NCBI GenBank assembly: GCA_963668175.1
Contig: OY764159.1
Span: 3,136,001 to 3,200,000 of the forward strand
Reading direction: 5' to 3'
Origin: Syntrophales bacterium
GTDB taxonomy: Bacteria; Desulfobacterota; Syntrophia; Syntrophales; PHBD01
Length of the DNA: 64,000 nucleotides
The notes below the pieces were generated by a model. That model was not told the origin of the DNA, ran no database searches, and saw nothing but the letters and a program-made list of their open reading frames with translations. The position numbers were made by a program, and so were the translations under genes. Of this stretch, positions 63,896-64,000 are shown one piece after another; positions within the stretch are counted from its first letter, which is position 1; every line of letters begins with the position of its first letter.

Positions 63896-64000
63896 AAATC
63901 AAAACGTATGCCCCTGACGGCCGCTGAAAACGGCCCTGCCTCATACTTCCTCATCATGAGCGGACAACGGATAAACAAGGACATAAAGTCCTCGGCCCAC

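Noticed and set aside
1..64000. CRISPR arrays, tRNA/rRNA genes, transposases, integrases or integron attC arrays
   Set aside because: None recognised by eye; repeats seen are coding (LRR, ankyrin, TPR) or isolated hairpins. tRNAscan, Infernal and a CRISPR finder would be needed to exclude them formally.

Overview
A 64 kb gene-dense, GC-rich (about 60% by eye) bacterial chromosomal region. The gene content (AbfD-like dehydratase, QueG-like Fe-S protein, rubredoxin fusion, radical SAM enzymes, a probable selenoprotein) suggests an anaerobic Desulfobacterota/Syntrophales-like organism; this is inference only. Core-type content: MATE and RND efflux systems, a liv-type ABC transporter followed by an ADH/abfD/acyl-CoA dehydrogenase/crotonase cluster, tex, an IHF/HU gene, two Hsp20 genes, tag, a Nudix hydrolase and two radical SAM proteins. 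Two AT-rich inserts stand out: a 1368-aa nuclease(DUF4365-like)-TPR-PIN candidate defence protein (5148-9254) and a three-gene kinase/receiver/membrane-protein module (17054-21746). The best hidden signal is at 50310-51704, where two separately called ORFs are in one frame, joined by a UGA in the rhodanese active-site loop (YCA-U-P) with a SECIS-like hairpin just downstream. This predicts a selenocysteine-containing rhodanese fused to a patatin-like lipase, which converges on a UbiA/rubredoxin-membrane/UbiG-like/hydrolase operon. Also seen: a RAPP-ending candidate arrest peptide, a Roco-type LRR protein lacking its GTPase, duplicated MarR and TetR operator palindromes, a hairpin cluster, and a three-gene block with strongly G-ending codons. 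No rRNA, tRNA, CRISPR array, transposase or integrase was recognised. All family calls come from motif recognition, not database searches.
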